Positions 40,694 through 55,592 are shown, counted from the first letter of the stretch. The stretch is DNA of 64,000 bases from Octopus vulgaris (GCA_951406725.2 OX597826.1:76632001-76696000), one strand, 5' to 3'. The notes: a model not told the origin generated them from the sequence alone. Numbers and translations: made by a program.

Positions 40694-41881
40694 AATATGT
40701 GTGTGTGTTTGTGTGTGTTTGTGTGTGTGTTTGTGTGTGTTTGTGTGTGTGTTTGTGTGTGTTTGTGTGTGTTTGTGTGTGTAGATAGATGGATAGATAG
40801 ATAGCTAGATAGATGGATGGATGGATAGATAGATAAATATAGCTGTCATATGCATACACTCCATGGCCACGCTTAGGTTTTGCCTATACAAAAATGGATA
40901 TATTGACATGGATTCCAAATAGAAGTGATAAACCCCCTAATCGAAAGGGAATGAGAAAAAATTCCTCGCCGCAAAAAGACAAACAGATAAAGACATTAAT
41001 GAATAAAGAAAAAAAGCGTTTGTTTAAAATGTATATTCAAACAAGATATGAACGAAATTATGTAAGTATACAAAATGATGTTGAATAACACCATTAATGC
41101 AACATTGTATAACAACCTATGAAGCATGCATACAGTATGCATCAGTTTACGTATCATGAACTAATTGCCCTCACACTATACAGCAAAGGAACAAGTTATG
41201 AAAACAACTTCTAGGAACAAAATACAACAGGCGTTTCAACCAATCGCAAACTAGTATGAATAATACATTTTAAAATCAGTAAAGGTAATATCTTCATCAA
41301 AACAGCACAATACTGCAAGGTGCTGCATCAACATCAAATGACTAATGCAATTTGCATTTTCAGTTGCATGCATGAAAGCTGTAAACTCTATGACTCCAGC
41401 CCTACTATAACACTGAATGTGCAATTACCAAATTTTCTTGCCTGTCAGCAACTCGTCTCGAACAAAGAACCATTACAACGCAATACACTCAACGCATCAA
41501 AACAGAATTTGGTATTACACAAAAAAAAAAATATGTCGACAGTAAAAATAACTTATAATAGATTAGCAAACCAAAGTCACCTGAGTTGGTCATGCAATTT
41601 TTATATAAAATAATTTATGTTCCTGATTGATTATAACACAGAACGGAAGGTGCACAAAGTGTACCATTCCAACGAACAAAAGTTGAGATATTTCAGCTGA
41701 ACTGTTTTCTAATTGTTGGAAAAGACAATGGCGTTAACAGTCAGAAGATTCAGGAAGAATGATTAAGAATAAAAACAATTGCGATTCTTGTCTACAAAAC
41801 AATGTCGATGATATCCACTAAGAAACCAGCTTCAAAAATTCACGTTAAAAGAAAGCAATTCCTCATCTGCTTCTCTGTCTC

Positions 41882-41912
<31 letters not shown>

Positions 41913-41943
41913 TTCTCTCTCGTAGCCCTCTCTCTCCATACTG

Positions 41944-42003
<60 letters not shown>

Positions 42004-42057
42004 GATATATATATATATATGTGTGTGTATGTGTGTGTGATATATATATATGTGATA

Positions 42058-42111
<54 letters not shown>

Positions 42112-42639
42112 TATAAATCTCGAGTATAACCAGCCGAAATTGCGAAGATAACCTGGAACTCGACTGAGGAAAGAAAACTCCGAATGACCTACCCTTGTTT
42201 TTTTCTTGTCCCTTTTTGCATTCCTTTTTATATACATATAGCGGCGTGCGAACCAATCTTCCTTTAGATCGAATACACTGTAAAAACTTTAATCTGGATT
42301 GCTGATCTTGTCGATCCCCAATGTGCAAGAATCCTAGAAATATTCAATCACAAGATATCTTGCGGGGTTCTTCTCTAGGAAAATGCGATTCGAGGGAATT
42401 TTGCTGCTTGCTCTTTCTAGCAATTCAGTAGACCTAACAGAAGCTCTCACGTTTGCTCAACATTACCTCAGTTTCTGGAATTGGCGGCCTAGAGAGACAC
42501 TGTTCTCCATTAATTTTGGTTAGAAGTATGTGAGAAAAGACAAATTTTGGCGTGACGTAAAATTTGTAACATCTAACATTGTCAAGATTGCATTCTTTCA
42601 AGAAATCTAGAATGTTCAAAATGTTTGTTTCCACGAGGA

Positions 42640-42881
42640 GTTATCAATTTTAAGTCCTGGCATTTGATATCTTATCAATTTATGTCGTGAAAGTTCTTAG
42701 TTTATCGATTTTTATCCTGTCATTCCACATTTTAACAATTTATATAATAACGCTACAGTATTATATCAATTTATACATATTCCACACTCTAACAAGTTAT
42801 ATACCTTCATCCTTTTATCAATGTTTGTAATGACATATTTCAGGTTTTCGGTTTTATATAATGAAACACCGCAATTTATCA

Positions 42882-42944
<63 letters not shown>

Positions 42945-43710
42945 TGAGATATATGCATATTTTTCTTCCAAGTTTAAGTGTACACAAACGTTTTAAGTAT
43001 AATTGTACATACATACATAAATACACACACACAAACACACACACACACACACCCATACACACACACACATATATATATAGTGGTTAGGGCATTCGGCTCG
43101 CGATCTTAAGGTCGTGAGCTCAATTCCCGGCGACGCATTGTATCCTTCAGTAAAACACTTTATTTCACGTTGCCCCAGTCCACTCAGCTGGCAAAAATGA
43201 GTTGTACTTATATTACAATAACACTCCACTACTTACTATTTTTCTCCATAGTTCATCAACACATATCTTGACACAAATACTTTATCAATTTATGTAGAAG
43301 TAACACTCACAATTTATTCGGTTTTGTAATAACACTCCAAAATTTCTGGATTTATCTTATGGCTATTTAAATCCTAACCCAATAAATTTCATCTTTTTAT
43401 GTCCTGACACTCCACAACTCATTAAAATCCGTTTACCTGCCTATGACATACTACAGTTTATCAATTTAAGTAATAACACTCCACAATTTATCAACTCGCC
43501 TAACAACACTCCTGAGTGTATCAATTGACGTAGTGATATTTCACTGCTTGTCATTTTACGTAATGACATTCTACGATATATCTACTCATGCCAATCCCTC
43601 TCCATAGTTCATAAACTCACTCAAGGGCATAGTTTATCTCTACGTCTTCATATTTCCTGGCACTATATTTATCATAGGTCCTTGCCATGCTACAATGTAT
43701 CAGATATCAG
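42640..43710. repeat. Degenerate 30-nt tandem repeat interrupted by microsatellite and a SINE
   Basis: Units resembling TAATAACACTCCACAATTTATCAATTTACG at an exact 30-nt phase over 43441-43620. Confidence 0.7.
43075..43210 (+). mobile_element. tRNA-derived SINE family C
   Basis: AGTGGTTAGGGCATTCGGCTC..GTCGTGAGCTCAATTCCCGG..ACACTTTATTTCACGTTGCCCCAGTCCACTCAGCTGGCAAAAATGAGT. Confidence 0.75.
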
Positions 43711-43943
43711 TGATATTGATTTCCATCCGGAAAACCAATCAATATCATTAAATCTACAAACACGCCGTCGTTGCAAAAGCATTATTCATTTTTGAAATGA
43801 TCGTCAGTTCCCGCATTTTGGGATCTGGGTTGACCAATTATAACTCATTCCAGTATTTAGCTAAAACATCTTTTTAAGGTAACTGTTACTGATACTTGAA
43901 GTCTAAATCTTGAAGTAGCAAATGTATTATTGTAAAATAACAG

Positions 43944-44290
43944 TGGCATCTTGGGCAAGTGTCTTCTGCTATAGCCCCGGGCCGACCAATGCCTTGTGAG
44001 TGGATTTGGTAGACGGAAACTGAAAGAAGCCTGTCGTATATATGTATATATATGTATGTGTGTGTTTGTGTGTCTGTGTTTGTCCCCTAGCATTGCTTGA
44101 CAACCGATGCTGGTGCGTTTATGTCCCCGTTACTTAGCGGTTCGGCAAAAGAGACCGATAGAATAAGTACTGGGCTTACAAAAGAATAACTCTCGGGGTC
44201 GAGTTGCTCGATTAAAGGCGGTGCTCCAGCATGGCCGCAGTCAAATGACTGAAACAAGTAAAAGAGTAAAAGAGTAAAAGAGTAAAAGAG
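43944..44290 (+). mobile_element. SINE family B, well preserved and 5'-truncated
   Basis: CTTGGGCAAGTGTCTTCT..GTGAGTGGATTTGGTAGACGGAAACTG..GCATGGCCGCAGTCAAATGACTGAAAC plus a (TAAAAGAG)n tail. Confidence 0.88.
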
Positions 44291-44894
44291 TAACATTTAC
44301 AGTACCCAAAGCCTTCTGATCCACTGAACTTGAACAAACTCTTTTTCTTTTTGATTACTAAATCACGTATAAGATTTGTTTTCTGTTGTATTTCGACATA
44401 CAGAATTATTCCAAAGGTCGAGGCTATTTTCCATTCTAACCGCCAGTATTGCAAAAACTATGGCTTATCGAAATTAGATAGGAAGAGGAATCTTAGAAAA
44501 GTCAACTCTATCATTGCAATCCCGGTAGCAGTCCGTACACAGCAATTGACAAATGGGAAACCGTTCGATTGTTCCAGCAGCTCAGCTTTTGGCGAATATT
44601 GTAATGAATCAGCTCTACATAACTGGAGATCGAAAACTAACAAACTACAAAAGCATTTTTTTAAAAGATCGATGTTATATATGTTCGTAGGTGTGTGTGT
44701 GTGTGTGTTTGTGTGCGTATTCATTTACAATTATATATATAAGTGTATTTGTGGTACAAGTAGAAATTATTGAAAATATCTGGTTAAATCTTGCAGCCAC
44801 CCTGGGTGCAAAATGATGATCAATTTTTCGATTGAGTTATTTTAAAATATCTCAACAACACCGCATCTTACAGAAGAAAAACAAATAAACGATT

Positions 44895-44942
<48 letters not shown>

Positions 44943-46722
44943 ATAGTAGTTGTAGTGGTGGTGGTGGTGGTCGTCGTCGTCGTCAATGATTTGTTTTCTT
45001 TATATGTAACTATAGATTGTTGGGGTTTCAATAAGTAGAGATGTGTTTGTATATTTTTTTTCCAAAGTTGATTTCGTTTTACGCATTGTTTAAAAAGTCA
45101 CGTGAGAATCTCGCCAAAATGTCTCACGATAAATGAATTTATTACTTCTTTATGTTAAATCAAAGACTTTTATCTGTTTAGTTATATTGAAATTAATTAT
45201 ACCGTTTTATAATTTATTTAACAGAACTTAAAATTTAGTAGTTAAAATCCCTCATGGTTATTTCGTTTATATTTATACATTTTCCTGTCCCAGACTCAAC
45301 GATGTCTCTCCCTTGTTCTTATTTAGTTATGCTTCAATTTCTGGCTTCGTCGATACTTTTACTCAGTTGATTTATTTCACTCGAAATTCGATCATAGAAG
45401 TTTTTACACTTAAGATCTATCGGAGACATTGCATATTTTCTCTTGCGGGTAATAAACTTCAGCCCTCGAGGAAAAGGGGAGTTTCTGCCATTAGAAATAG
45501 CAGGCAATCTCCTTAGAATTACATCCTTCCGTCTGAGAAAAGAATAGCATAGACAAAAGATATTTACACCAAGAGTGAAATCCGTTATACGATAAATCGA
45601 TAAAGACTGATCCGGTGCTAAATACCAGCAAATTCCATTATTCTTTTTCTTCCACTTCTCACCCTTCTCCTTCTCCCTCTCTCTCACTCCACCTCTTTTC
45701 TCCACCCCCCTCTCACTCCACCTCTTTTTCTTTCCTCTCTCTCTCAATTTCTCACTCCATCTCTTTACCCCCCCCTCTCTCTATCTCGATCTCTATGTTG
45801 TTGCATAAGGACTTATTCTCCATTCTGAATCGTACCACAAGCAATGAGAATAGTATGTATTAATGTATATAATGTATTATTGACGATTTTACATCGTCTA
45901 CAATATACTTTCAATACTAAGTTCCATACACTATTATTATTATTATTATTATTATTATTATCAAACAATGATATTTTGGAACTGTCATGGTCATATTGCT
46001 TCATCCGTTTTGCCCTCTGGTGGTCTTCAGGCGCATTTTCTTATTTTGTCTGCGTTGATTAAAAAGTGTTCCGTTCCCAAATTACTTCATGAATGGTACG
46101 GAGTAAGACAGACAAGTATTGTTCGAGAGGTTAGCACCATTCTAGGTGTGACTATTCCTTCCAAAATCAATGAGAAAGACAATATTTATGGGTGTCTACA
46201 CCCCAAACTGCAACTTATCGTCCTACACTACAAATTTTGACATCTATACGGATAGCAATTCATACATTTGGCAATCAAAAGTAAAAGAAAAAGTGATAAT
46301 CGAAAAATGTATACAATTTCAGTCAGCGAACACGCTTTACATTTACAATTTGTGTGCGCAAAAGGAAAATATGTAAGATCGTGTGTAAGCTTGTATGTAA
46401 GTACGTAAGTAGGTGTGAATGGCTGTAAGTATATTGTGTGTGAGTATGTGTGTATGGTCGTGTATGGTTGTGTTTATGAATACGTGTTTGCGAATCTAAT
46501 CCATCTTTTTGTACCAACATATTTTGAACTCACTTGCATGTATTTTATATGAATGTCATACGTATTAATGTATGTATGTATGTATGTATGAATGAATGTA
46601 TGTATGTATGTATATATTGTATATACGCACACATACACACACACACATATATATATATATAATTAACAGAATGAGATAAAACATCCAAGAGTGTGAATAG
46701 ATGTAAGAACATTTATTAAGAG

Positions 46723-46770
46723 GTCTTACAGCTGTTTCCGGGATATTTTATATATCTCTTCATCAGAGAC
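46723..46770 (-). ncRNA. Minimal type I hammerhead ribozyme
   Basis: Minus strand: GTCT-CTGATGA-AGAGATAT ataaa ATATCCCG-GAAAC-AGCT-GTA-AGAC. Stem I GTCT/AGAC, palindromic AGCT loop, GUA site; two mismatches in stem II. Confidence 0.78.
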
Positions 46771-47014
46771 GGTGCGAGAAAATGGTTAAAAAATAGTTAT
46801 TATAGAGAAGATAAGAAATACAGAGTGAAGTGGAGGAATGAAAACAGACGTGAGATATGTAAGGATATTGTATCTGCAGTTCGATTATTTAAGCAGAATG
46901 GTATACATATATGTATCCTGTACGTTGTGTGTGAGTTCCAATGGTGTTTATAATTGGTTACTCCAAGCATAGTGTTTTGTAAACGGTAGATAGATAGCTA
47001 GCTAGCTAGCTAGC

Positions 47015-47062
<48 letters not shown>

Positions 47063-47683
47063 ACGAGAGAGATAGAAAGAGAGAGGGGAAGGGAAATAAC
47101 TATTCTGGGCATGGATAATTCTCGCCTAACTGCATGCTGGGAATGGAGGCAAGGTGGTGGTGGCAACATTTGTGTGGGAAGGGAGAGAGAGAGGGGGGAA
47201 ACAGACAGACAGACAGAAAGATAGAGCGTAATTGTCCAATCATTTTCACGTTTTTACTCCAACTTCCATTCGATTAGAAATCTAGACCTTTGGTTATTCT
47301 GTGATGTTGAACTGAGGACTTCATCCCTTCTCATCTGATTCTTAAAAAGAAACCTATGCGAATTTTTTTCTTTAGAATCTGTAATGGTAATAAATTCAGG
47401 GAATTCATATTTGTTTTAACTGGGTTTGAACACCGAATAAATGTTTACATTATGTTTTATTCTAGAAAAAAAATGTAGTTCTTAAAACAGCTCTGTTGTC
47501 ATACAGAGAGCAAAAGCAGGAAAGCCTGAGATGCGAAACCGTGACCTGTCATTGTCAACGACGCTGTAATGACTACAACACAACACAAGTAACTACATTC
47601 ATAATCCTCTAAATACATACAAGCAGCAGATGTATGTTGTCTATTTAGAATAAATAAAATGTTAGCTTTAACATCCGTACGTG

Positions 47684-47728
<45 letters not shown>

Positions 47729-47835
47729 AGAAGCACACACACACTCATGCTCACACATATGCATGATTAGAATCACACACGGACATGCATGCATGCTTAA
47801 ATGCATACATATTCACATGTATATATATATATATA

Positions 47836-47881
<46 letters not shown>

Positions 47882-49354
47882 TATATATATATACACACAT
47901 ATGCATATATATATATACACACACACATATAATTGCATACAAGAATACATAAGCACTAATGTGTTTGTGCGTGCGTGTTTGCATGTCTATGTATGGATAG
48001 AACTTGCTTCAGTGTTAATAAAGAATGTGAAATCAATTGTATGTATATATATATATATATATGGATGAAGATATATGTGTGTTTGGTCCCGAGTGCGTAT
48101 GTAACTGTATATAATGTACGTGTGTTTGTGTGAATGTGTGTGTCTGTATTTAGGTGTATGTGTTGGCGTATATTAATCTTTATTTCTGCAAACAGCTTCC
48201 TACTGCTTGTTCCAACACAAAACATTTTTTAATACAATAACACTTATTTGTCGACATGAAATTGAAAAAAAAAAACAATACAATAAAAAAAAAGTTTATG
48301 CATACAAATAAACACACACACACACGCGCACGTATATGTATGTATACTCATCTGTATATGTGTGTGTATGTATGTATTTATTTGCACATATATGAGTGTG
48401 TGTGTGTGTGTGTGTGTATCAGTGTCTGTAGATACGAATGCATGGCTGTATATTTTGTATCAATATATGTGAGGGAATAAAAACTAATACTACAAATAAG
48501 ATAATTATTAAGGAGAGAAAGAAAAATGCGAGGAAATAAAAATGAAGAAAAGCTTAAAAGATAAATAAAGAAAAAAAAGTAGAAGCAAATGTAATAACAT
48601 TCAACCTGAACGATAAGAAGAGCAACACGAACAAAATGGACGTCGCGAAAAATGTAAGAAAGAAAGAAAGAAAGAAACAACCAAATGCAAAAAAAAAAAA
48701 AAAACGCAAAAACGATAAACTCTCCTGCAACAATCTTCTATAAAGGTAAAAAGAAATAGTGGAGCAAAAAAAACATATATCAAAACATGGAGAGTGCTGG
48801 GGTGGAAATAAAAGTGTAACAATAAGGATAATAATACAAACAATGAAGATGATGAAGAGAGAGGAGAAGGTGGAGGAGAAAGATAGTGGTGGCGGTGGCG
48901 GCGGCGGTGGTGGGAAGTAAAGAAGGAATTACATCAGAAAATGAATAAATAATGTTTTATGTTTTTCTGTGTTTTGTAATATAATGAAGTAAACTAGCCT
49001 CGGATTTTTATATTAAGGGAAAATAAAGGATTTCTTTTTTTCGACTCGACAGAAAGTTCCGATATTTTAAGGAATAAATCGGTAGAGCTTGAGTTATGAT
49101 GTTGAAACATTCTACATGGAATGGTCTGCATAATGTAATTAAAAGTAAAGTAAAATGTCTTCGAATGCGGATTGAAACCACTTGCCTCACAGCGATCGCC
49201 AATAATAAACTGAAGTTTATCACCTTCGATACAAGACCAAATATCGATTTTATTTTTTACGAAGGCCTCTAATCTAGGAGACGTGTATAGCCGATTCTAT
49301 CTACCCATACTGACTGGTATTTTGTTATCAGAAGGCTAAATAGAGACGGGTACA

Positions 49355-50202
49355 CAGGGTGTTCTAGTTAAATTTGAGGATATCTATTCTCCTTTTGTTT
49401 TCAAGAACAACTTGATGCATCGATGAATAGTCAACGGCGTTGGAGAGTATAAAGATTAAAGATGTAATTGAGGAAAGTTTAGCTGACGTGGAGGACTGGA
49501 AGCGATCGGAATACTGGAAAAGATTAACTGTATCATGATAATGCACACCAAATTTCAAGATGGCCACATCATGACTGCTGCTCTGTCCTCTGCGAACGCA
49601 TTTAAGACTATGAGACGGGAGATGGATATCAAGAAAAACTAAGTTCCTCCAAACCATGATGGCCTTTGGGTATGTCTCCGGTAAGGGTGACGTTATGCTG
49701 TCTCACATCGTTCAACAGGGCCGTAGGTTCAAATCAGATGGCTCTGTGAAGCTGCTGGAAAAGGCGTTTAAACCCTTCATGGAACCGATTGCTGCTGGAG
49801 AGCCAGTAGGATTCGGCTTCTTGCTGTATCTCCCGAAAGAGTCAGAGGTGGTTGTCGAAGAATTTCCAATTTATGGCCTCGTAATTCTTCCGATAATAAT
49901 TCCATGAATTACTATGTGTGGGGCGCGCTTGAGAAAGCCATCAACCGCGCTGGCTACAACACCGAAGCCGAGCCAGTGGCCATGATCAAGGAGGTGTTCA
50001 AAAATTTTCTCAGGGGCACAGTAAGTAAAGCATGCACCAGGTTTCGGAGCCATCTTGAGGCCGTTGGGAAGCTAAGGGCAGTTACTTTGAAAGACCTGTT
50101 ATCGCCCAACCATATTCTAGTTGGCACATTTTTATTAAATTAAAATCTTTTTAATTTTTGGGTGGGATATTTTGTAAACTGTCAAATTTAGCCCCAACAC
50201 CC
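49355..50202 (+). mobile_element. Internally deleted Tc1/mariner element, maT (DD37D)-like
   Basis: TIR-like GGGTGTT....TAAATTTGA at both ends. Remnants MAFGYVSGKGDVM, LWPRNSSDNNSMNYYVWG (compare WPPxSPDLNPLDYxVW) and ACTRFRSHLEAV. Confidence 0.75.
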
Positions 50203-51284
50203 AAAATTTATGCTACTGTTTGTATTTCTACATATTATGGGTGTTCTCTCATACAATCTTATACATATTATTACACATATCTCGCACATGAGCCCTGGAT
50301 TAATCTCGCAATGTCCCTGTGATACAACCTCTTGGCAGCTGCAACACTTCCACGATACAAAAGACAAATGCTTGAAATCTTCACCTTTAATGCTGAGTAC
50401 ATACAACAAGAGAGAACGTTCGGTGGCGCATTTGATAACTCCAAAAGAACAAATATACTACTATAGCAGTGTATTTTTATAAAAAAAATACAAATGCCGT
50501 CCATCGCTCGCATAAATAGGTATTCCATAACAACTTGATTAAATACCTGGAATCTGAATTTATATGCATATTTCAGACAGAAGGTTACGGGCTGATACAT
50601 GCAGTGGATCTGATTTATGGCTCATAACAGTCTATAAACTGGAGTTAAGTTTACGTCTGATGTTCTCTCATTAACAGACGATTGTGGAAGCCATTTTGTA
50701 GATTTTGCAGCAGTTTATTTCTTAATGACATCTAAGATTCCACCTGTTCAGTGTGAGACTCGAAAGACCCTATCGGGGTTGGGAATGCACACAATGTTAT
50801 ATGTTGAAAGTGCTAGTGTTTTCTATACTTATCCTCTACGCTAGCGTTACTCAATGTGTACATAAACCTCTGGTCCTCAATAAGGCTCCCTATGACACTC
50901 GGAGTTTCCATATAAGATTTTGTTGGTAAATTTTATATTTCTACAATAGGCAAAATATCTTAACTACTTTTTATTCCTTGGAGGTGTGAACGGAGTAACA
51001 TATGAAAAAAAAAATGTAAAACATCGGAAAAGAATGGTTGAGATTTACTGCCATACACAGATATTGCCATACTGCCATACACATTCACTCAATTTAGATA
51101 GTCCATGTATACTATGGTGAGCATGTGTTGGACTGATATTGATTAATTGGGGGTCGGCGCTGGTTGACAAATCGCACCTGCCGCGTTTAGAAGTGGTGAA
51201 TGTAAGTTTGAGGAATGGAATCCGGGTGGACGCTGGTGGTGGGTATAGTCTGTTTGGTGCATTAGTAATATTTTATTGTATTGT

Positions 51285-51410
51285 ATTCCGTCCAGGTCTT
51301 TCATCCTTTCGGGGGTCGATAAATTAAGTACCAGTTGCATACTGAGGTCGCTCTAATCGACTGGCCCCCTCCCTCCAAATTTCGGGCCTTGTGACTAGAG
51401 TAGAAAAGAA
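51285..51410 (+). mobile_element. SINE A 3' part
   Basis: TTTCATCCTTTCGGGGGTCGATAAATTAAGTACCAG..CTTGTGACTAGAGTAGAAA. Confidence 0.8.
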
Positions 51411-51971
51411 TATTTTATTGTTTTGTTACGTGTTATTGTTAGGATTCAGCTTTGGAATTGTGGGATAGCTACTTTACTGGCTGCTCTGAGGTAAAGATGA
51501 CTACAAGGGTTGTAAAATGCAGAAAAGCTGAGAACGCCGGGTTGAAATCGTGCTTCGTTTGGGACGGTAACGTTTTTTCCTATTTCGAGTTTGAAGTATG
51601 ATGTGTGTGGACAAAGAGAAAACGTTTCTTCTCTTTTGTTAGGAATTTTCCTCGGCCAGTTGACCAGGTGAGTCATTCCAACATTCTGTGACGGAAGCTT
51701 TGCATCTGCCACCTCATCCATTATTCTTGCTTCTCATGGCATCGATGCTCCTACATTTATAAGAGTGCTCATCACTTGGCAGTCCTTCAGGCTCCACACC
51801 GTTTAGATGGTGATAGCATTCTGGTCAAGTAATAAAGAAACCATTATATGTATATATATATATACACTTACATACATATATATATACACATATATATATG
51901 TGTGTGTGTGTATGTATATATATGTATGTACATATATATACATACATATATATATACATACATATATATAT

Positions 51972-52022
<51 letters not shown>

Positions 52023-52043
52023 TACAGACAAACAGACAGAGTA

Positions 52044-52147
<104 letters not shown>

Positions 52148-52769
52148 TAGATAGATAGATAGATAAATGTTTAGATACACACACACAAACACACACACAC
52201 ACATTCCAATATATTTATTCCTACAGCTAGTTAGCCTTTTATCTAGTAAGATATTCCTCTCACACGTTCTATTTTTTTTCATCGGGGGGGCGGGGGTTTG
52301 CACCTTCCCTATCCTTATATCTACAAACCCACTTCTCTAACTTGCATATCTTTATTTTTATATAATTATTTTCCTTTATTTTATTTTATTTTTTATTTTG
52401 TATTTTGTATTGTTTATCTATAAACGGACTCTTTTCAACTCCGATATCATCAAATTCACATTAATCACCAAGTCATCACAGACGAATAGGAAAGAAGCTC
52501 ATCAGAGCAGTCCGGCAGGAGACTTTGGTGAAGATTTTTGGTGAAGAAATACGAAGAATAGGAGCAAAAGAAATAAGGAAGGAAATAAAAATGTAGCAAT
52601 GAAAGAAAGGAAGAATTGAAGAATAGAGAAAACGAGTAGAAAGTTATTTACAGAAATACAAGGAAAATCACCAACGAAAATGGTCCATGTGTGTGTGTGT
52701 GTGTATGCATATCTGTCTATCTATCTGTATATATATATATATATATATCTGTATATATATGTATATATG

Positions 52770-52891
<122 letters not shown>

Positions 52892-52898
52892 ATATGTA

Positions 52899-52966
<68 letters not shown>

Positions 52967-53396
52967 GAAGAGTGTGTGTGTATATCTCTGTATTTGGCGC
53001 GGGTTGGCGGGAGGAGGAGCGGTGCGCATTTGCCAGGTTTTGGATCCAACACTGTTGTTCAAGTAGTCCCTCGTATGAAGATTAATGATTATAGATATTA
53101 TTAATTCATGTTTATTCATGCAGATACACAAGAAAACACTTACGAAAACACACGTAAACAGACGAACACATCATATGCACACACACATGCACATGCACAC
53201 GCACACACTAATGTGTGGGTGCGTGTGTGGGGGTGTGGGGGGGTGTAGGGGTGGTGTTTTGCACGCGTATCCTAAATAGATTACAGATTAATGCACTCCG
53301 AAAGGGACAACGCAAGAAGGTGGTAAGAATATATAACGGATATCTATCTATCGTTTTCTTTCTCTCCCTACACACACACACACACACACGCTCGCA

Positions 53397-53447
<51 letters not shown>

Positions 53448-54705
53448 GCATACTCACACACACAGACACACACGCGCCTATATATTCAATCTGACATAAA
53501 TACACACTTATATACAGACACACAGACATATTTAGACATGTGTACTTCGAGAATGTATGCCTATGTGTGTCTGAACGCTATAATGTGTTTGTATTTGTGT
53601 ATGTGTATGTATGTGTATGTGTATGTGTGTGTGTATGTGTGTCTGTAAACGCATACAAAGGGAAACAGACAAATGGATGAGCACATGCATCCATTCTTGT
53701 ATGAATTGATTGAGACAGAAGAATGTTCTAAATTTTTATTTAAAGGCAAAACAAGTGGAGCCAATGACGTGTGTTTAAGGACCTTTGGTAATGTCTGGTT
53801 TCGTGACCCAGAGAGGACAGCAAACCAATCCACCATTAGCTGGGTTCTATGTCTATTCAGGGTTTTATTTCATCATCGTCTTTCTGTTATTCTTTTGCAG
53901 ATGAAATAAATATGGATGCAGTTTTAATTGACTCTAACCGCTGTCAGTTGATCTTCGTTTTCTATTTTAAGACAGGGCAAATAAACTGTTCTCTCTGCAT
54001 TTGTTCTGTGTCCGAGCAACAACGATTACTAGAGTTTTGTTGAACCGAAGCTGTTGCATTTTGCATGGGTTTGGCTATCCGCTTTCTTCGATCACGTGGC
54101 CGATTTAATAAACAGCGACGAATCTCTTCCTCGAACACGAGGAACACATTAGGAAACATTATTTATCGTATATTTCATTACACTCTAATATTTACCGTCT
54201 TCTTCTTCTTCTTCTTTTTCTTCTTCTTCTTCTTCTTCTTCTTCTTCTTCTTCTTCTTCTTCTTCTTCTTCTTCTTTTTCTTCTTCATTTTAGCTGTTAA
54301 GCTTAAGACAAAATACACCAGTCAAAGGATATTAACTCAGGAAAAGAAGATAGTTGGAGAACTCGGATACCTGTGTTCTTGGTCAGCCATTCCAGACGGT
54401 TATATTTCTGCTTTTAAGTTGTATCTAGTGGTCCGATCATAATTGGTATAACTAAATTTTGTTACTTGGCATCCCTCTACATTTCTGTTATTTCTACTTT
54501 TAATTCAGCGTATTTGAAGGTCTCTTTTTACTTTATCGACTGCAAGGTTTTAGTCTGAAGATATTGCAATGTCTATTAGAAAACATTATTTTCTTTTGCT
54601 GTCGTTTTTTAAATATCAAGTCTACGACGTTTTATTTCCTTGCCTCAATGGATGTCAAAATCTCATAGCATCTTCAGTTTCTACCACTTTCAGATACATA
54701 GATGC

Positions 54706-54737
<32 letters not shown>

Positions 54738-55099
54738 GCTTCATTTTAGACAGGTATCTGAGATGGTTACTTGCTGAATAGGTTCAAATCCAGAGTTGTC
54801 AACTTTCGAATACCCCAGCAGTGATTATTCCGTTTTCGCATAGTGTTTAATCACTATTTTTCTATTTATCTGTGCCTTTAAAATAATATTCAGGATATTT
54901 TTAAGCATGTAAGTGATTTGGTTATTAATTCTATCGGCATTCAGCAGCATTAATTCATTCTGAAGATGATCCTGGGATTGTCTACAAACACAGAAGTTGT
55001 ATTTAGGAATTTGTTCTTTCAGGCAAAATTTAAAGAACTCATAAAAGATATAATGATTAAGGTGTTTTCTCAACATGCCTAACAAGTTCCCACTTCTCT

Positions 55100-55320
<221 letters not shown>

Positions 55321-55339
55321 AGAGAGAGAGAGAGAGAGA

Positions 55340-55590
55340 GCACTTTGCTCTCATGTGTTTTTTTTCCTCTTCTGCCTGAGGTTACCGTGGTCTTTTCTGT
55401 AGGCTTTTCTTTCCACGGATGAACCTAATCTTGTTTGTTACTTTGAAAAAACAAAATAATTATTTCTTTCTGTGATACACGATCCCTTTTGATCCAAATT
55501 TTACATTTGCTTCCTTTTTTTCTTCTTTTCCTTTTCCATCTCCGAAAATTGTCCCCTCTGTGTCCAGCTCTGTGTGGCCAATAATGAAAG

Positions 55591-55592
<2 letters not shown>
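55340..55592 (+). mobile_element. Retroposon (LINE-like) 3' end
   Basis: Ends TGTCCCCTCTGTGTCCAGCTCTGTGTGGCCAATAATGAAAG plus microsatellite; related ends occur on - at 57258-57330 and 39030-39060. Confidence 0.5.

Noticed and set aside
42170-42192. CTGAGGA-AAGAAAACTCC-GAAT hammerhead-like string
   Set aside because: GAAA is broken, stem II has only 2 bp and stem I is unsupported.
52425-52510. Possible degenerate minus-strand hammerhead (CTGATGA-GCTTC...GGAGTT-GAAA-AGAG-TC)
   Set aside because: Stem I does not pair and loop III is not palindromic; it may be a decayed copy but is not supportable.
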